Shown: piece after piece, positions 21,072-31,549 of the stretch | Layout: every line of letters begins with the position of its first letter | How positions within the stretch are numbered: position 1 is the stretch's first letter | Origin: Savitreella phatthalungensis | Taxonomy: Eukaryota | Length of the DNA stretch: 60,713 bases | Reading direction: 5' to 3' | Assembly (NCBI GenBank): GCA_051599415.1 | Contig: AP039691.1 | Span: 682,001-742,713, forward strand | The notes under the pieces: generated by a model | What the model was told of the DNA's origin: nothing | Seen by the model: the letters and a program-made list of their open reading frames with translations, nothing else | Database searches by the model: none | Position numbers and translations under genes: made by a program

Positions 21072-22478
21072 ATGAGTGCGCCTTCCTTGGCTGACATCTT
21101 AAGTAATGTTGCTCCGCCACCATACACGCTCACAGCGTTCATGGCGTTCTTGTCCAACAATCATTGCTTAGAGAATCTAGAGTTCACACTCGATGCCGCC
21201 CGTTACCAGCAATTTTATTATTCTCTTTCACAAGTCCCACCTCTGCCTGGATCACCGGACTGCGAGCGACTACGGACATCATGGGATCGGCTCGTTCGTG
21301 CCTACATCGCGCCAGGTGGCGCTCGGGAGGTCAACTTGTCCGCTGAAGATCGTGATTCCCTTCTGCGCATCCCAAATGTCTACACACCACCTGCTCCAGA
21401 AAATCTCAATCGCGCCGTCTATAAGATCACGGAGCTGATGCGCGACAGTCTACTGAATCCATTCATTCAATACTGTAAGCAGCAGTCGGTATTCTTCAAT
21501 GGTGCGAGCAGTCCGAACTTCGGACTGTCGCCGCAGATTCAACAGCAAGCTGGCTTTAGCGGGCAATACTCTGGAGGTTTGTTTGGTGACCGCCACTCAG
21601 GCCCAACGATAGGCAACTCGCAACAGCGACAAGACCAGCCCCCGCAACAACAGCTCCGGATGAATAATCCACTGAATCTATCGATCCAGGTGAAGAATGC
21701 TTCGCCGGCCCTCCAACAATCTGCAACATTCAGCACCGGCACCAGGTTCTCTGCACAGACACCTTTCAGTGCGAGCACGTTCCAATCGTCCTCCAGCGCC
21801 GGCTCTCCCGTCTTCACACAACCCGAGTACGGCTCATCCCAGCAGTCTGCTGGCACGATGACCAGACTGTTTCACAATCAGCGCGCCGCTGCACAGGCCG
21901 CTGCTCAAGCGCAGGCTCAACAGCGACAGCAGCAGGAGCATCGGCATCAACAACAAGAACATCGCCGATTGGCGCAAGCCCAAGCGCACGGAATGGGAGA
22001 TTTCGCGGACATGATGCGCGACGACGAACTTTACTCCCCTCCTGCGAATGATCCGCGCTATCTCTCGCATCAGCGGCACCTTGCTGTTAATGGCCATCGT
22101 GCCGAGAGCATGTCTTGGGACGACGACAATATGACCGACGACTCTGGAGATCCGATGACGCCTCCAATGACCCCTCCATTCCAGAATCATCTCGTACCTG
22201 CATATCAAGCTATCCCAACTACCTCCGGCGGCACATTCGTCAACGCCGCCGAACAGCGTAGTGAAAACATGAACGGCCGCAGTGGCTCAAATGGCTCAAC
22301 GGACAGCAATTATTCTGCTTCGGCATTCACATCAGTAGGCTTGATTCAACCGGCTTCGCCCAACAGCTCGTCTTCCGGCGGGAACCCGAATACACAAGCC
22401 CCTGCCTGGAAGTCGAAGATCAAATCCCAATTCAAGGCAATGGGTATGCGGGCTCGTTCACGTGAGCCGTCCGGTTGA
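21072..22478 (+). CDS. RGS-domain protein (RgsA/Rgs2-like)
   Basis: N-terminal PSLADIL..PPPYTLTAFMAFLSNNHCLENLEF..YIAPGGAREVNL RGS domain; Q/S-rich tail. Confidence 0.87.
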   Translation: MSAPSLADILSNVAPPPYTLTAFMAFLSNNHCLENLEFTLDAARYQQFYYSLSQVPPLPGSPDCERLRTSWDRLVRAYIAPGGAREVNLSAEDRDSLLRIPNVYTPPAPENLNRAVYKITELMRDSLLNPFIQYCKQQSVFFNGASSPNFGLSPQIQQQAGFSGQYSGGLFGDRHSGPTIGNSQQRQDQPPQQQLRMNNPLNLSIQVKNASPALQQSATFSTGTRFSAQTPFSASTFQSSSSAGSPVFTQPEYGSSQQSAGTMTRLFHNQRAAAQAAAQAQAQQRQQQEHRHQQQEHRRLAQAQAHGMGDFADMMRDDELYSPPANDPRYLSHQRHLAVNGHRAESMSWDDDNMTDDSGDPMTPPMTPPFQNHLVPAYQAIPTTSGGTFVNAAEQRSENMNGRSGSNGSTDSNYSASAFTSVGLIQPASPNSSSSGGNPNTQAPAWKSKIKSQFKAMGMRARSREPSG

Positions 22479-23266
22479 GAATGCCATTTCGAGCATTATA
22501 CGATCAATGCTCTCCTGCCTTACGATCAAATCGCTAACGACTTAACTTGTACCACCACCGTAACCACTATCAGAACAAACGTATTGCAATGACAGCACAA
22601 TTGGCAATGTGCTAATTCGAATATTCCATGCATTCTGTACTCGCTATAGCGCTGCTATGTGGCCGCCATTGTTTGTCGTGGCTATCAGTCTTTAGGGCGG
22701 TACCAGCATTGGCTTGTGCGAGGTCTCGCCTCAGCATGCCGAATGCACAGAAGGTCTTTCGCGAGTCAGCAAGCGCATGCTGATTGCGAAGCGCGACCGA
22801 CGAATATCTGCTGGCAGATCAGCTGAATCGCAGAGGTTCTTCTCGAAAGCAGCGTCATGGGGGTCAGCCAAGAGCTTCGGTGGTTGCATCAAGCAGATTC
22901 GATTAAACCTGGTGTTTTGCCGTTGAGATGAGCTTGAAGTAGCCAAGATGCCAGACCTGCCGATGACAATCCTGTTTTCACGGACAACGGTCGATAGCTC
23001 ATCATCTGGTCTGTGTCAGGCGCGGTCGAAAAGATGGACGACACCATGTGGAGAAAGCGTTCTTGGGTCAGATATGATGTCACATGCGGCCAGTGTGGAC
23101 AGGCCGCTAAGTCTGTCGCGCTCATGGCCGAGTGGTCAATGGCAGGAATCATCCCTCTCGAGCCGTCTGTTCTTGACGTACCAGGACCGGCCTCGATAAA
23201 GTGAGTGATCCTAAAGGAACGCTACTCTACATCGGAAAGATCTCATCACTGCGTATGACGTCTCTA

Positions 23267-24433
23267 TCAGTCTGGGCCTCGACCAGTAGGCCGTCGGACG
23301 GACAGACCTGGATACAGAGCCTGTTGGGATAATCGACTGAGCTGCGATACGCCTGCACGGCCAACACCTTGAGGCCCGGCTCGCACTCTCGTGCCGTGAG
23401 ATGACGGTGGCCGGAGATCAAGACCTGCCGATACCTCGGCTGCGGCTGGAGTTGTCGTCGCCGGGGCCGCTACGGCCGATGCTCTTGACGGTACAGGTAA
23501 TGACTGAATCGCGAGCGATCGCTCCAGCGCGGCTAGATTTGCCGCTGAAAGAGGAGCGGGGTTATCAGCTGGAGGTTCCCACAGAGCGCGAGGCCTAATT
23601 CTACCTCGCATCGAGGCTGCTTCATGGGCCGACGGAGCGACAACACCCGTGCTTTGGTCAGTCGCAAACTGCGACCACCGCGCAATGTGGTCATGATTCC
23701 TATTGCTCTCCACTGGGGCAAGGTCGCCCTGCCTAGCGTCTGGTGCAGATTCACATTGTACCAAAGTTGAGCGTGGGATGAATGGTGCGGCAGTAGAATG
23801 CAAGCGGAGGGATTGATCGCGAGTGATTTTCTGCGGGGAGTCCCGACTTGGTTGCCTCGAGAAACTCGCTTCTCCACTATGTGCCAAGGAAGCAGTGTCG
23901 CTTCCGCTGGCTGTATCGCCCTCGAAAATACGGGCTCGTGCGAGACGGTACCTTTCCTCCTTTGTCAGCCTGCCGGAGTCGGGGTCCGCTGTCGGGATGT
24001 CAGTCTCCGAAGTAGACGCGGCCGCCACGGCCAATGTCGAGTCCGTTGCATGCACCGGTTCGTCGGATTTAGCATCGTTTGCATGGACATCCCCATCGGC
24101 GCGCTTCATAATCCGCAGACTTCCGACTGCTGGCATATCTGAATCGAGGTTTGCTTGGTTCAGCATCGAGCCGGGAGGACGAGATGTAGGCACACGAGTA
24201 AAAATAACTTGCCTCTTGCTTGCAGAAGTGACATGTTCGAGCGCAAAGCGCGAGCCCAACTTGTGCGCGAGGAGACGTAGGTATGCCGAAGGCGCATCGA
24301 TTACGGCATGACTCTCATGACCGGAAACGAGTTGTGTCAGACGTTGCTCGAGCCTCAACAAGAAAATCCTTGAGCGAGCATCGTTGAGCCCGTCGTGAAG
24401 AACCTCGTCCTCTGTCGGCTCGATACTAGTCAT
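23267..24433 (-). CDS. R3H + SUZ domain RNA-binding protein
   Basis: R3H motif SAYLRLLAHKLG; SUZ motifs LRIMKR and KEERYRLARARIF. Confidence 0.82.
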   Translation of the reverse strand: MTSIEPTEDEVLHDGLNDARSRIFLLRLEQRLTQLVSGHESHAVIDAPSAYLRLLAHKLGSRFALEHVTSASKRQVIFTRVPTSRPPGSMLNQANLDSDMPAVGSLRIMKRADGDVHANDAKSDEPVHATDSTLAVAAASTSETDIPTADPDSGRLTKEERYRLARARIFEGDTASGSDTASLAHSGEASFSRQPSRDSPQKITRDQSLRLHSTAAPFIPRSTLVQCESAPDARQGDLAPVESNRNHDHIARWSQFATDQSTGVVAPSAHEAASMRGRIRPRALWEPPADNPAPLSAANLAALERSLAIQSLPVPSRASAVAAPATTTPAAAEVSAGLDLRPPSSHGTRVRAGPQGVGRAGVSQLSRLSQQALYPGLSVRRPTGRGPD

Positions 24434-24745
24434 CCTCAAATGTCGCTCTTCACGATATCTCGGACTCGATATCCCGCTCGCATGGGAGATTGAAATTGCA
24501 ATAGGCGGTGCCAGGGCACGCGATCATCTTCACTTCGGCACAGGAGGGGATCGATATACCCGACGGGCAATGTCCGGACCGATTCAAGAGGAATCGGCTG
24601 GTCGTCCGGGGTTGCGAGTCAGTAGCACAGAAAATCGCACAACCGCAGCCGTTTCAAAAAAAATGCTTTCGTGAAAATGACATACCGCAAGATCAGAATC
24701 TTTGTAACTCTGCGACTGCTCAGAAGCGAATGATTTGGCAGTGGC

Positions 24746-25288
24746 ATGTCACTACTAGAGGATGAAGCTCGGAAACGCAAAGCTCGATTGTCTGAGCTCA
24801 CACGAAAGAGGCTCCGTGCAAATGTGGAAGACGAAGTTCGAAGCGCAGTCAAGGAAGACCCGAGCACGAGGATGCAATACAGAAATTTTGATCCAGAGAC
24901 GCAGACAGCCACGATCGGCTACCTGAAGCCGCCGGTCGGTGCGAACGATTCAGATACAGTAGAAAACCGCGTTGTCACGCTGATAGACGAAGCACGAAAG
25001 GACAGAGACGACGGGAATTCACAAGAAGAGGAGCTGAGCGAAGCTGTTCATTTGTCTGTCGATGACCGCGCCGAAGTATCGCTGTGCAGCAGCACAGCAG
25101 GCGCCGATTTGCCAATGCGGAACAAGGATCTCAAGCGAGATCTAGAGCGGCGACGAGCGAAGTTCCGGCCCTTAGAGCGAAGACGCATCGATGAACATAT
25201 TCGTCAGATGATGAGGGAAACAGCCCGGACCACTGAAGACCTGTCTGTCCAGGTTCGGATGAACGAGGCCGCCGCGCGCCGGACTTGA
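24746..25288 (+). CDS. cwf18: Splicing factor Cwf18/CCDC12
   Basis: LEDEARKRKARL, YRNFDPET and DLKRDLERR motifs. Confidence 0.8.
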   Translation: MSLLEDEARKRKARLSELTRKRLRANVEDEVRSAVKEDPSTRMQYRNFDPETQTATIGYLKPPVGANDSDTVENRVVTLIDEARKDRDDGNSQEEELSEAVHLSVDDRAEVSLCSSTAGADLPMRNKDLKRDLERRRAKFRPLERRRIDEHIRQMMRETARTTEDLSVQVRMNEAAARRT

Positions 25289-26093
25289 AACCTTGCCTGT
25301 CAGCTCAAGGAAGTGTATCAACCAGGCTACCAAGCATCGCGAAGACGGCGATGGAGCTTCGTTCTGTCGACCGATCATGAAAAGGACCGGGGCTCGATCA
25401 GGCTTTCACAGGTCAACGAATGCTCGAAGCGTCGACGAGCCGCTCGCCTATACTGGGGAATATACTCGCGCATGCGCGACAGCCATTCATGGAGAGCTGC
25501 ACTTACGATTGCATGAGGCCACCAACATAAAATAAGCATCTCATGATCTCGTGGCGAGTCAAACCAAAAAAGCGACTTGATGCGGGCCATATACACCCTT
25601 CACAGCATCGCATTCGCCATTGTCGAGCTCCAGATAGCGCTGCTCCATTGCTGGCCTCGCGCGAGTGATCTGAGATTGAAGAGATTATCAAGAACACACC
25701 TCCATAAAGAGGTAGGATAAATACTCACTCGAAATTCGAACGTCGGAGTTCAGATGCGATCATACGTCAAACAAGTTCTTTTTCAATAATTTGTTAATCC
25801 GCTTGCCGCTCGGACACGTGTGTCAAACAAAACTGATGAATATCAAATACATGTACTGTCACCTGCGGGAGCTGGACGCCTGTTCCTGCCTACCGCATCT
25901 CATGATGATGATGATGATGGTTGACGACTTCCATGTCATATCGAACGAAGCCATGCGATAGCCAAGTGATGCAGACAGCCCTGTACTCTCTCCCAAAGGG
26001 ATTGTCATTATTCTAGATATATAAGTCAAATCGTGTGTGGCAATGGCGCGGTCAACCGTCCGCCCAATACGCAGCTCATCCCATTGCTCAGCG

Positions 26094-26948
26094 TTATTGG
26101 AGGCTGGATAGAGTATCACTCGCGAATGAGTAGCCACCGAGGAAGATAAAGCCACCAATCGAAATCCAGAACACTCTGGGCACGATGCCTCGGAAGAAGG
26201 ATTTTATGCCTTCTTGCTTGGCAATGGTCGACGCCGTCAAAAGCCAGGATCTCCGCTCGCCTGAGCTCAGCATCATACGTGTCTTTATTACGTCTAGCGG
26301 CGTTGTGAGGGCCGCGGCGATCGATCCTGCCGCTGCACCACAAATAGCTGCTTCGCCCGCATTTGCACGATATTGTGGTGAGTCTTGAGAGCGTGCATCT
26401 CCGACAGCGAGCTCGTGCGGTGTGCTGCCCAGTCGCTCGCGTACAGCCAAGACTTTGAAGTACTCCCACAGGGGGAATTGGATGCAGACAAACGGAATCT
26501 CCCGTGCGAGTGTGGCTAAGAAGCCTCTATATAGTCCATGTAGACCATCTGATGCCAAGATAGCGCGCAGAGTGCCGAAAGACGAATGCGTGCCTGAAAC
26601 AGAAGCCTGCGTGCGCTGCTTGACCACTTCCGTGGGCACTCTTACAATACATGCCAGACTTTCGGCAATGGACGAACTGGTGACCGCTAGTAGCGTCGGA
26701 TGCTGAACTTGACCATCGGCGTTGAGCTGCCGACGAATTGTCTCGTAGCTGAGGAAGAAAATTGCGGCACCTGGCGCGGAGCCCGCTGCGATCGAGCCCA
26801 TGCCAGCATAGATTCCCTTAAACCCGCCATTGCGAGCAAATCCACCTGATGCTTGTAAGCGAGTCTTGATCGTGTCGAGCGGGAAAAGCGACAGATCGAC
26901 CGCCAACCCAGCAAAGGCACCAGAAATCAACGGCTGGAATGTTTCCAT
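26094..26948 (-). CDS. PET8: Mitochondrial S-adenosylmethionine carrier
   Basis: Three carrier repeats (PLDTIKTRLQ, PTEVVKQR, PLDVIKTR); GSAPGAA and REIPF are typical of SAM5/PET8. Confidence 0.9.
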   Translation of the reverse strand: METFQPLISGAFAGLAVDLSLFPLDTIKTRLQASGGFARNGGFKGIYAGMGSIAAGSAPGAAIFFLSYETIRRQLNADGQVQHPTLLAVTSSSIAESLACIVRVPTEVVKQRTQASVSGTHSSFGTLRAILASDGLHGLYRGFLATLAREIPFVCIQFPLWEYFKVLAVRERLGSTPHELAVGDARSQDSPQYRANAGEAAICGAAAGSIAAALTTPLDVIKTRMMLSSGERRSWLLTASTIAKQEGIKSFFRGIVPRVFWISIGGFIFLGGYSFASDTLSSLQ

Positions 26949-27062
26949 GCGTCCAGAATTCGAAGCTATCTACAATTATTAGGTTGTTCTGTTCATCTAT
27001 AGAAGGACGAAAAGCGAGTGCAACGCGACAAACGTCCAGCAAGAGCCAAGGTATCGACTATC

Positions 27063-27629
27063 ATGCGTGTTCCGCCTGATGTCGAACCAGCGCGAAAGAG
27101 GCACGGCAATGGCCTGTCCTCCAAACTCAGTTCCATGAAATTCATGATGGCTTCCGCCGATCGCACTGCGCTCGAGTCTGAAGCGAGCAGAGAAACAGAT
27201 AGAATGACCGAGTCGCACTGGCGGCTAGCACTCTCAGGAAAAGCTGAGCGAGCGTCGTCGTCATCTCATTCGCCAGTGTTGTACGTAAATTCCTACGAAT
27301 TGCTCGCAAAGAAAGGCACAGAGTCCGACGTACCTGGTACAAAGCCTTTGGTCAAGACTGGCCGCAGATCCTTCGGACTGGCCAGCAAGGCCGCGGTAAG
27401 CACAACGAACGACGTCGCATCATTGGCAAAGATGGATGAGCAAGATATTCGAGGGTCGAATTTCAATACGGCACGTCTTCAGCCAAGGGATAATGGCATA
27501 GACTCTGTTAAGCATTCCACGAAGCAGGACCGGCGATTAGACAAGAGAATGCTCGGCAAATCGAAGGCTGCAGATTCGCTCAGCGGTCGCCGAGCTCGCA
27601 TTACAAAGACTAAGGGAAAGCGCGCATAG
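27063..27629 (+). CDS. Mpp6-like nuclear exosome cofactor
   Basis: LSSKLSSMKFM, W-x-L and GRRSFG motifs of the MPP6 family; basic C-terminus. Confidence 0.7.
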   Translation: MRVPPDVEPARKRHGNGLSSKLSSMKFMMASADRTALESEASRETDRMTESHWRLALSGKAERASSSSHSPVLYVNSYELLAKKGTESDVPGTKPLVKTGRRSFGLASKAAVSTTNDVASLAKMDEQDIRGSNFNTARLQPRDNGIDSVKHSTKQDRRLDKRMLGKSKAADSLSGRRARITKTKGKRA

Positions 27630-27803
27630 AAGGCTCCTAAAAGAGATTTTGCCCATCGGCCGGGATTTAACGTTCGGCATATACCGCCGGTTTTATATTG
27701 ACCATGCAGTCCATGTGGCTCGATCGCCGTTGTCCACAAATTGTGGGGGAGATCGGCCAAAAGGGCAACACTGACAGCAGCCGGTGGACGGTTGCGAACC
27801 ACG

Positions 27804-29363
27804 ATGGCAGAGCTTCGCAACACAATCATCATCGGCGCTGGTGTCTCCGGACTGTGTCTAGGTGCGCAGCTCAAGCGTAACTACGGCTACAGCGACTTCG
27901 AGATCTTCGAAAAAGGTGGTGGAGTTTCCGGAACATGGTATCATAACACCTACCCCGGTGCTGGCTGCGATGTACCAAGTCATCTGTACTCCTTGTCCTT
28001 CGAGCCAAACCCTGACTGGTCTCACGCATTCAGCTACAGCCACGAAATACAGACCTATTTCGACAGCGTCGCCCGCAAGTACGATTTACACCGTCATCTG
28101 AGACTCAGGAAAGAGTGCGTTGGTGCTCAATGGAATCGAGAGACCAGTACCTGGACAGTTCGTTTCAAGGATCTCGCAGAAGGCACAGAATTCGTCAAGC
28201 ATTGCAAGATGCTGGTCTCCGCTGTTGGTGTACTTGCCGTGCCACGTGAAAACCCGATTCCGGACAATCGCGAGTATCAAGGACCTGCTTGGCACAGTGC
28301 ACAGTGGCGCCACGATGTCGATCTGCATGGCAAAGACGTTGTAGTTGTCGGAAATGGCTGCAGTGCTACTCAATTTGTCCCCGTCGTCGCGACTCAGGCG
28401 AAAAGCGTCACGCAGATCATTCGAGGAACGCACTTTTACCTCGAGCGTCAGCAGACGGAGTATGGCCCCTGGACTAAGTTCTTCTTCCGCTATGTTCCCG
28501 GGGTGCGCAAGGTCTATCGCTGGCTTATCTTTTACTTGACCGATCGAGACTTCGGCTTGTTCTGGACCAAGAATCGCGCAGCAAGAGAAAAACTCACTCG
28601 CGGCTTTATCGAGTATATGCGCAAGATGATTCCCGATCGCTACAAGGGCGTCCTGATGCCAAAATTCGAGCTTGGCATGAAGCGTCGAGTTTATGACACT
28701 GATTACCTCGATGTCCTTCGGCGACCAAATTTCAGGCTTGAGACCACTCTGATTGCAAAGGCTTATCCGAAAGGCGTCATCCTCGAAGACGGCCGCAAGG
28801 TGCCGGCTGACGCCATCGTGTATGCGAATGGTTTCAAGGCAACTGAGCTTCTCGCACCGCTCGAGATCGTTGGCGAATCTGGAGAAACTCTCCATGACCG
28901 ATGGCGTCGGCAAGGAGGCGCTCGTGCGTACCTAGGAACTGCGATTCCGGACTTCCCCAACCTTGCGATCATGACGGGACCCAACACCCTTCAGGGACAT
29001 ACGTCGGTCATCTTCACGATTGAATGCTGCACCAATCTCATCATCAAGGCCTTCTACGGGCCTCTCCTAAAGCGCCAATTTCATGGAGTCGTCCGTGTGA
29101 CACAAGAGGCCGAAGATAGGTACAATCAGTGGATCCAGGAGAAGATGAGCCAGACTGTCTGGAGTAGCGGCGACTCCGGCAATGTCATCGCGACCACGAC
29201 CGACGATAAGCAAGCCTCCGCACTTGTGACAAAGCCGAAAAATACGGGCTGGTACGTTGATGACAAAGGACACAACCCGACAATATTCCCCAGCTACCAG
29301 ACCGTCTATTGGTGGAAGACCTTGTGGCCTGTGAAGGCCGATTGGCGGGTAACAAATTCTTAA
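27804..29363 (+). CDS. Baeyer-Villiger/flavin-containing monooxygenase
   Basis: GAGVSG FAD motif, GTWYHNTYPGAGCDVPSHLYS, BVMO fingerprint YQGPAWHSAQW, GNGCSA NADPH motif. Confidence 0.92.
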   Translation: MAELRNTIIIGAGVSGLCLGAQLKRNYGYSDFEIFEKGGGVSGTWYHNTYPGAGCDVPSHLYSLSFEPNPDWSHAFSYSHEIQTYFDSVARKYDLHRHLRLRKECVGAQWNRETSTWTVRFKDLAEGTEFVKHCKMLVSAVGVLAVPRENPIPDNREYQGPAWHSAQWRHDVDLHGKDVVVVGNGCSATQFVPVVATQAKSVTQIIRGTHFYLERQQTEYGPWTKFFFRYVPGVRKVYRWLIFYLTDRDFGLFWTKNRAAREKLTRGFIEYMRKMIPDRYKGVLMPKFELGMKRRVYDTDYLDVLRRPNFRLETTLIAKAYPKGVILEDGRKVPADAIVYANGFKATELLAPLEIVGESGETLHDRWRRQGGARAYLGTAIPDFPNLAIMTGPNTLQGHTSVIFTIECCTNLIIKAFYGPLLKRQFHGVVRVTQEAEDRYNQWIQEKMSQTVWSSGDSGNVIATTTDDKQASALVTKPKNTGWYVDDKGHNPTIFPSYQTVYWWKTLWPVKADWRVTNS

Positions 29364-29417
29364 TGCTGCGGCTCTCGCTAGTATTGCTCGAATGACCATT
29401 GAACATCTCTCACTAAG

Positions 29418-30329
29418 CTACTTTGAACCGCCGAAGAGGCCCCATAACGTGCTAGCTGCGAGAAGCCCTGTCAGGAATCGCCTGTCCTTCTTCGGTAGCG
29501 GAGCTGATGTGCTGTCCCGGCGGCTTTGCTCGTGGTGGTTCTCCTGCACAGCGCGTTCGAGCATATTCGCTGGATGTGCATGCGTTTTGTCATGTAGACT
29601 CTGACCTTCAGCTTGACCCGGCTGCATGTTAGCCTGAATCGTGTCCATGTTTCCCAGATGTGGCGAGGCCATTTGAGCCGTGTGTGCATCGGCGATAGTG
29701 GTCGTAGGGCGTGGCTGAGCTGTGAGCACTCTCTCAGTTGGTGCGACTAGCACGCTCTCCGGACCCGAATTCTTGAGGGTGATATCGTTGGCCGAGATCT
29801 TCGCAGCGCCGGGCGTTTTCGATTTGCGGCGTGGCTTCTTCGCAGTCTCTGTCGCTGGAGTTTTCGTCACTTTCTTGGCGGCTGCGCGATCTCGCGCCCT
29901 CAGTGGAACCGGTGGCAAGGTAGCATCGACCTTCTTGGCAATACTTGTGCTCGTAGAAATAGCCCTGGCTTGTGATCGTGTTTTGTTGAGCTCAATAGTC
30001 TGCAATATGCTCAACTCGATAGCTGGAACTGATGGTAACGCGGAGGGATGAGGTCTGAGATCCCTTGCCGAAGTCGCCTTTCTCAATGGCACGGTGACGC
30101 CATCAAGGTGTAGTTTGTCCGGTTCTGCTACCTTGCGAGGCCGACCGCGACCTCGTTTCGCCGGTTGCGCAGGCGGAGGCATCGCCTCTGCCTTCTGGTC
30201 TGTCGTTGAGGAGGCCATGTTACGTCCATCAGATAGCATTTTCGGCGGCAACTGTGCAACTTGACATTGTGAAGCGGCCAAAGAACGCAGAGATGGCAGT
30301 GAAGGCGACGAGCGAACTCTCCGAAGCAT
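29418..30329 (-). CDS. Hypothetical basic AT-hook protein
   Basis: 303-aa ATG ORF; KRGRGRPRK AT-hook; short hydrophobic C-terminus FLTGLLAASTLWGLFGG. Confidence 0.65.
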   Translation of the reverse strand: MLRRVRSSPSLPSLRSLAASQCQVAQLPPKMLSDGRNMASSTTDQKAEAMPPPAQPAKRGRGRPRKVAEPDKLHLDGVTVPLRKATSARDLRPHPSALPSVPAIELSILQTIELNKTRSQARAISTSTSIAKKVDATLPPVPLRARDRAAAKKVTKTPATETAKKPRRKSKTPGAAKISANDITLKNSGPESVLVAPTERVLTAQPRPTTTIADAHTAQMASPHLGNMDTIQANMQPGQAEGQSLHDKTHAHPANMLERAVQENHHEQSRRDSTSAPLPKKDRRFLTGLLAASTLWGLFGGSK

Positions 30330-30545
30330 TGAGCCCGAGCTCTTTTCTCGCTCTGTTTTCCTACCTCTTCGATGAAGCAGATAACGTTTTGAACTTTAGG
30401 CCGCATAGCAACAAGCCACGCTTAATTATGTACGTGAAAACAATTCAGACACTTTTTGCGTTGCATGAGCTGAATCAATCTAATTGTGTATGATCAACAT
30501 ACCGAGGGTGGGTGTATCTTATGAGGGTATAATCGGGACAATTTG

Positions 30546-31549
30546 TCATACTCGAGTTTCCTGAGCCTGTGCGATCCGTTCTTGCGCATAGTCTATACAA
30601 GCCTGCCGATTGCTGAACTCCTTCGACCAAGGCCTCAAATCGAGCAGAGCGCCGCGTTCGTTCTTTGCATAGTAGCCTTGACCTTTGACGGCCTCGGGCG
30701 AGCACAGTCCATTCCAGACTACGAAAGAGGCGTAATCCTCAGCACTTGTGGCGATGTACGGTAATACAAGACCAGCAAGCTGCGGTATGGGGAACGGGAA
30801 CCCTGCATTAGCTGCCAGATTGGTATTGACGATCCCTGGGAAGAGATGGTGTATCGCAAACTTGTCGAATCGTTCTCCAAGCTCGTACAAGACGGAGTCC
30901 AGAAAAAGTGAATCGCGTTGAGCGGCGGAGAGCAGCCAGTACTTTCGCCTGTTTTCTGGCTGCAGATACTCGATGTCATCCGTAGGCAGAGCGCTTCCAC
31001 CCTGAGAAGGGGCACAGACGATCGTAACACCGCCGCCATCGTTCATAAGTGGCGCCAATTCGAATGCGCATCGAAATCGCCCGAGGCATTGCAACGCAAA
31101 ATGTGCGTCGAGACCTTCGTCTGTGATGTGGAGCTTTCCATTGGGAGTTTTTCCAGCTGTCACAAATAAGTAATCCAGACCGCCTTGGCTTTGGAGATCG
31201 TTTTTGAGTGCTTCAAGCGCTTTTGTTGTCTCGGCCTGCTTGACCAGATCGATCCGGTTGAAAAAGTGTGTCGCCCGGATATCGTCCGTGGCGTTCCGCA
31301 TGGACTCTAACAACAGGGCACCATCATCGACAGAGCGTCCGAGACCCGTCACATTCGCTCCAAGCGATGCCAAGTTGAGCGCAACGGCCTTCCCAATTCC
31401 CTGTGTGGCGCCCACCACAACACAATTTTTCCCGCTCAGTGAGACGCCTTTGAGAGCTTGCTTGCACGACGCAATCAACCTCGCCTGTGGTCTTGACAGT
31501 CAGTGACGAAGAGCCAGGTCAATATAGCGTAGACTTACAATAATGGCAT
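30546..31549 (-). CDS. Short-chain dehydrogenase/reductase; exons 31549-31539 and 31491-30546
   Basis: VVGATQGIG Rossmann motif and HLFPGIVNT. A 47-nt GTAAGT..CTGAC..AAG intron restores the frame (MPLLPQARLIASC). Confidence 0.85.

Noticed and set aside
22700..23204. Short ORFs between the RGS and R3H genes
   Set aside because: No recognisable motifs or consistent exon structure.
25390..25780. Minus-strand GTGAGT/GTAAGT splice-like signals
   Set aside because: Could not assemble a credible ATG-initiated protein; may be UTR or non-coding.
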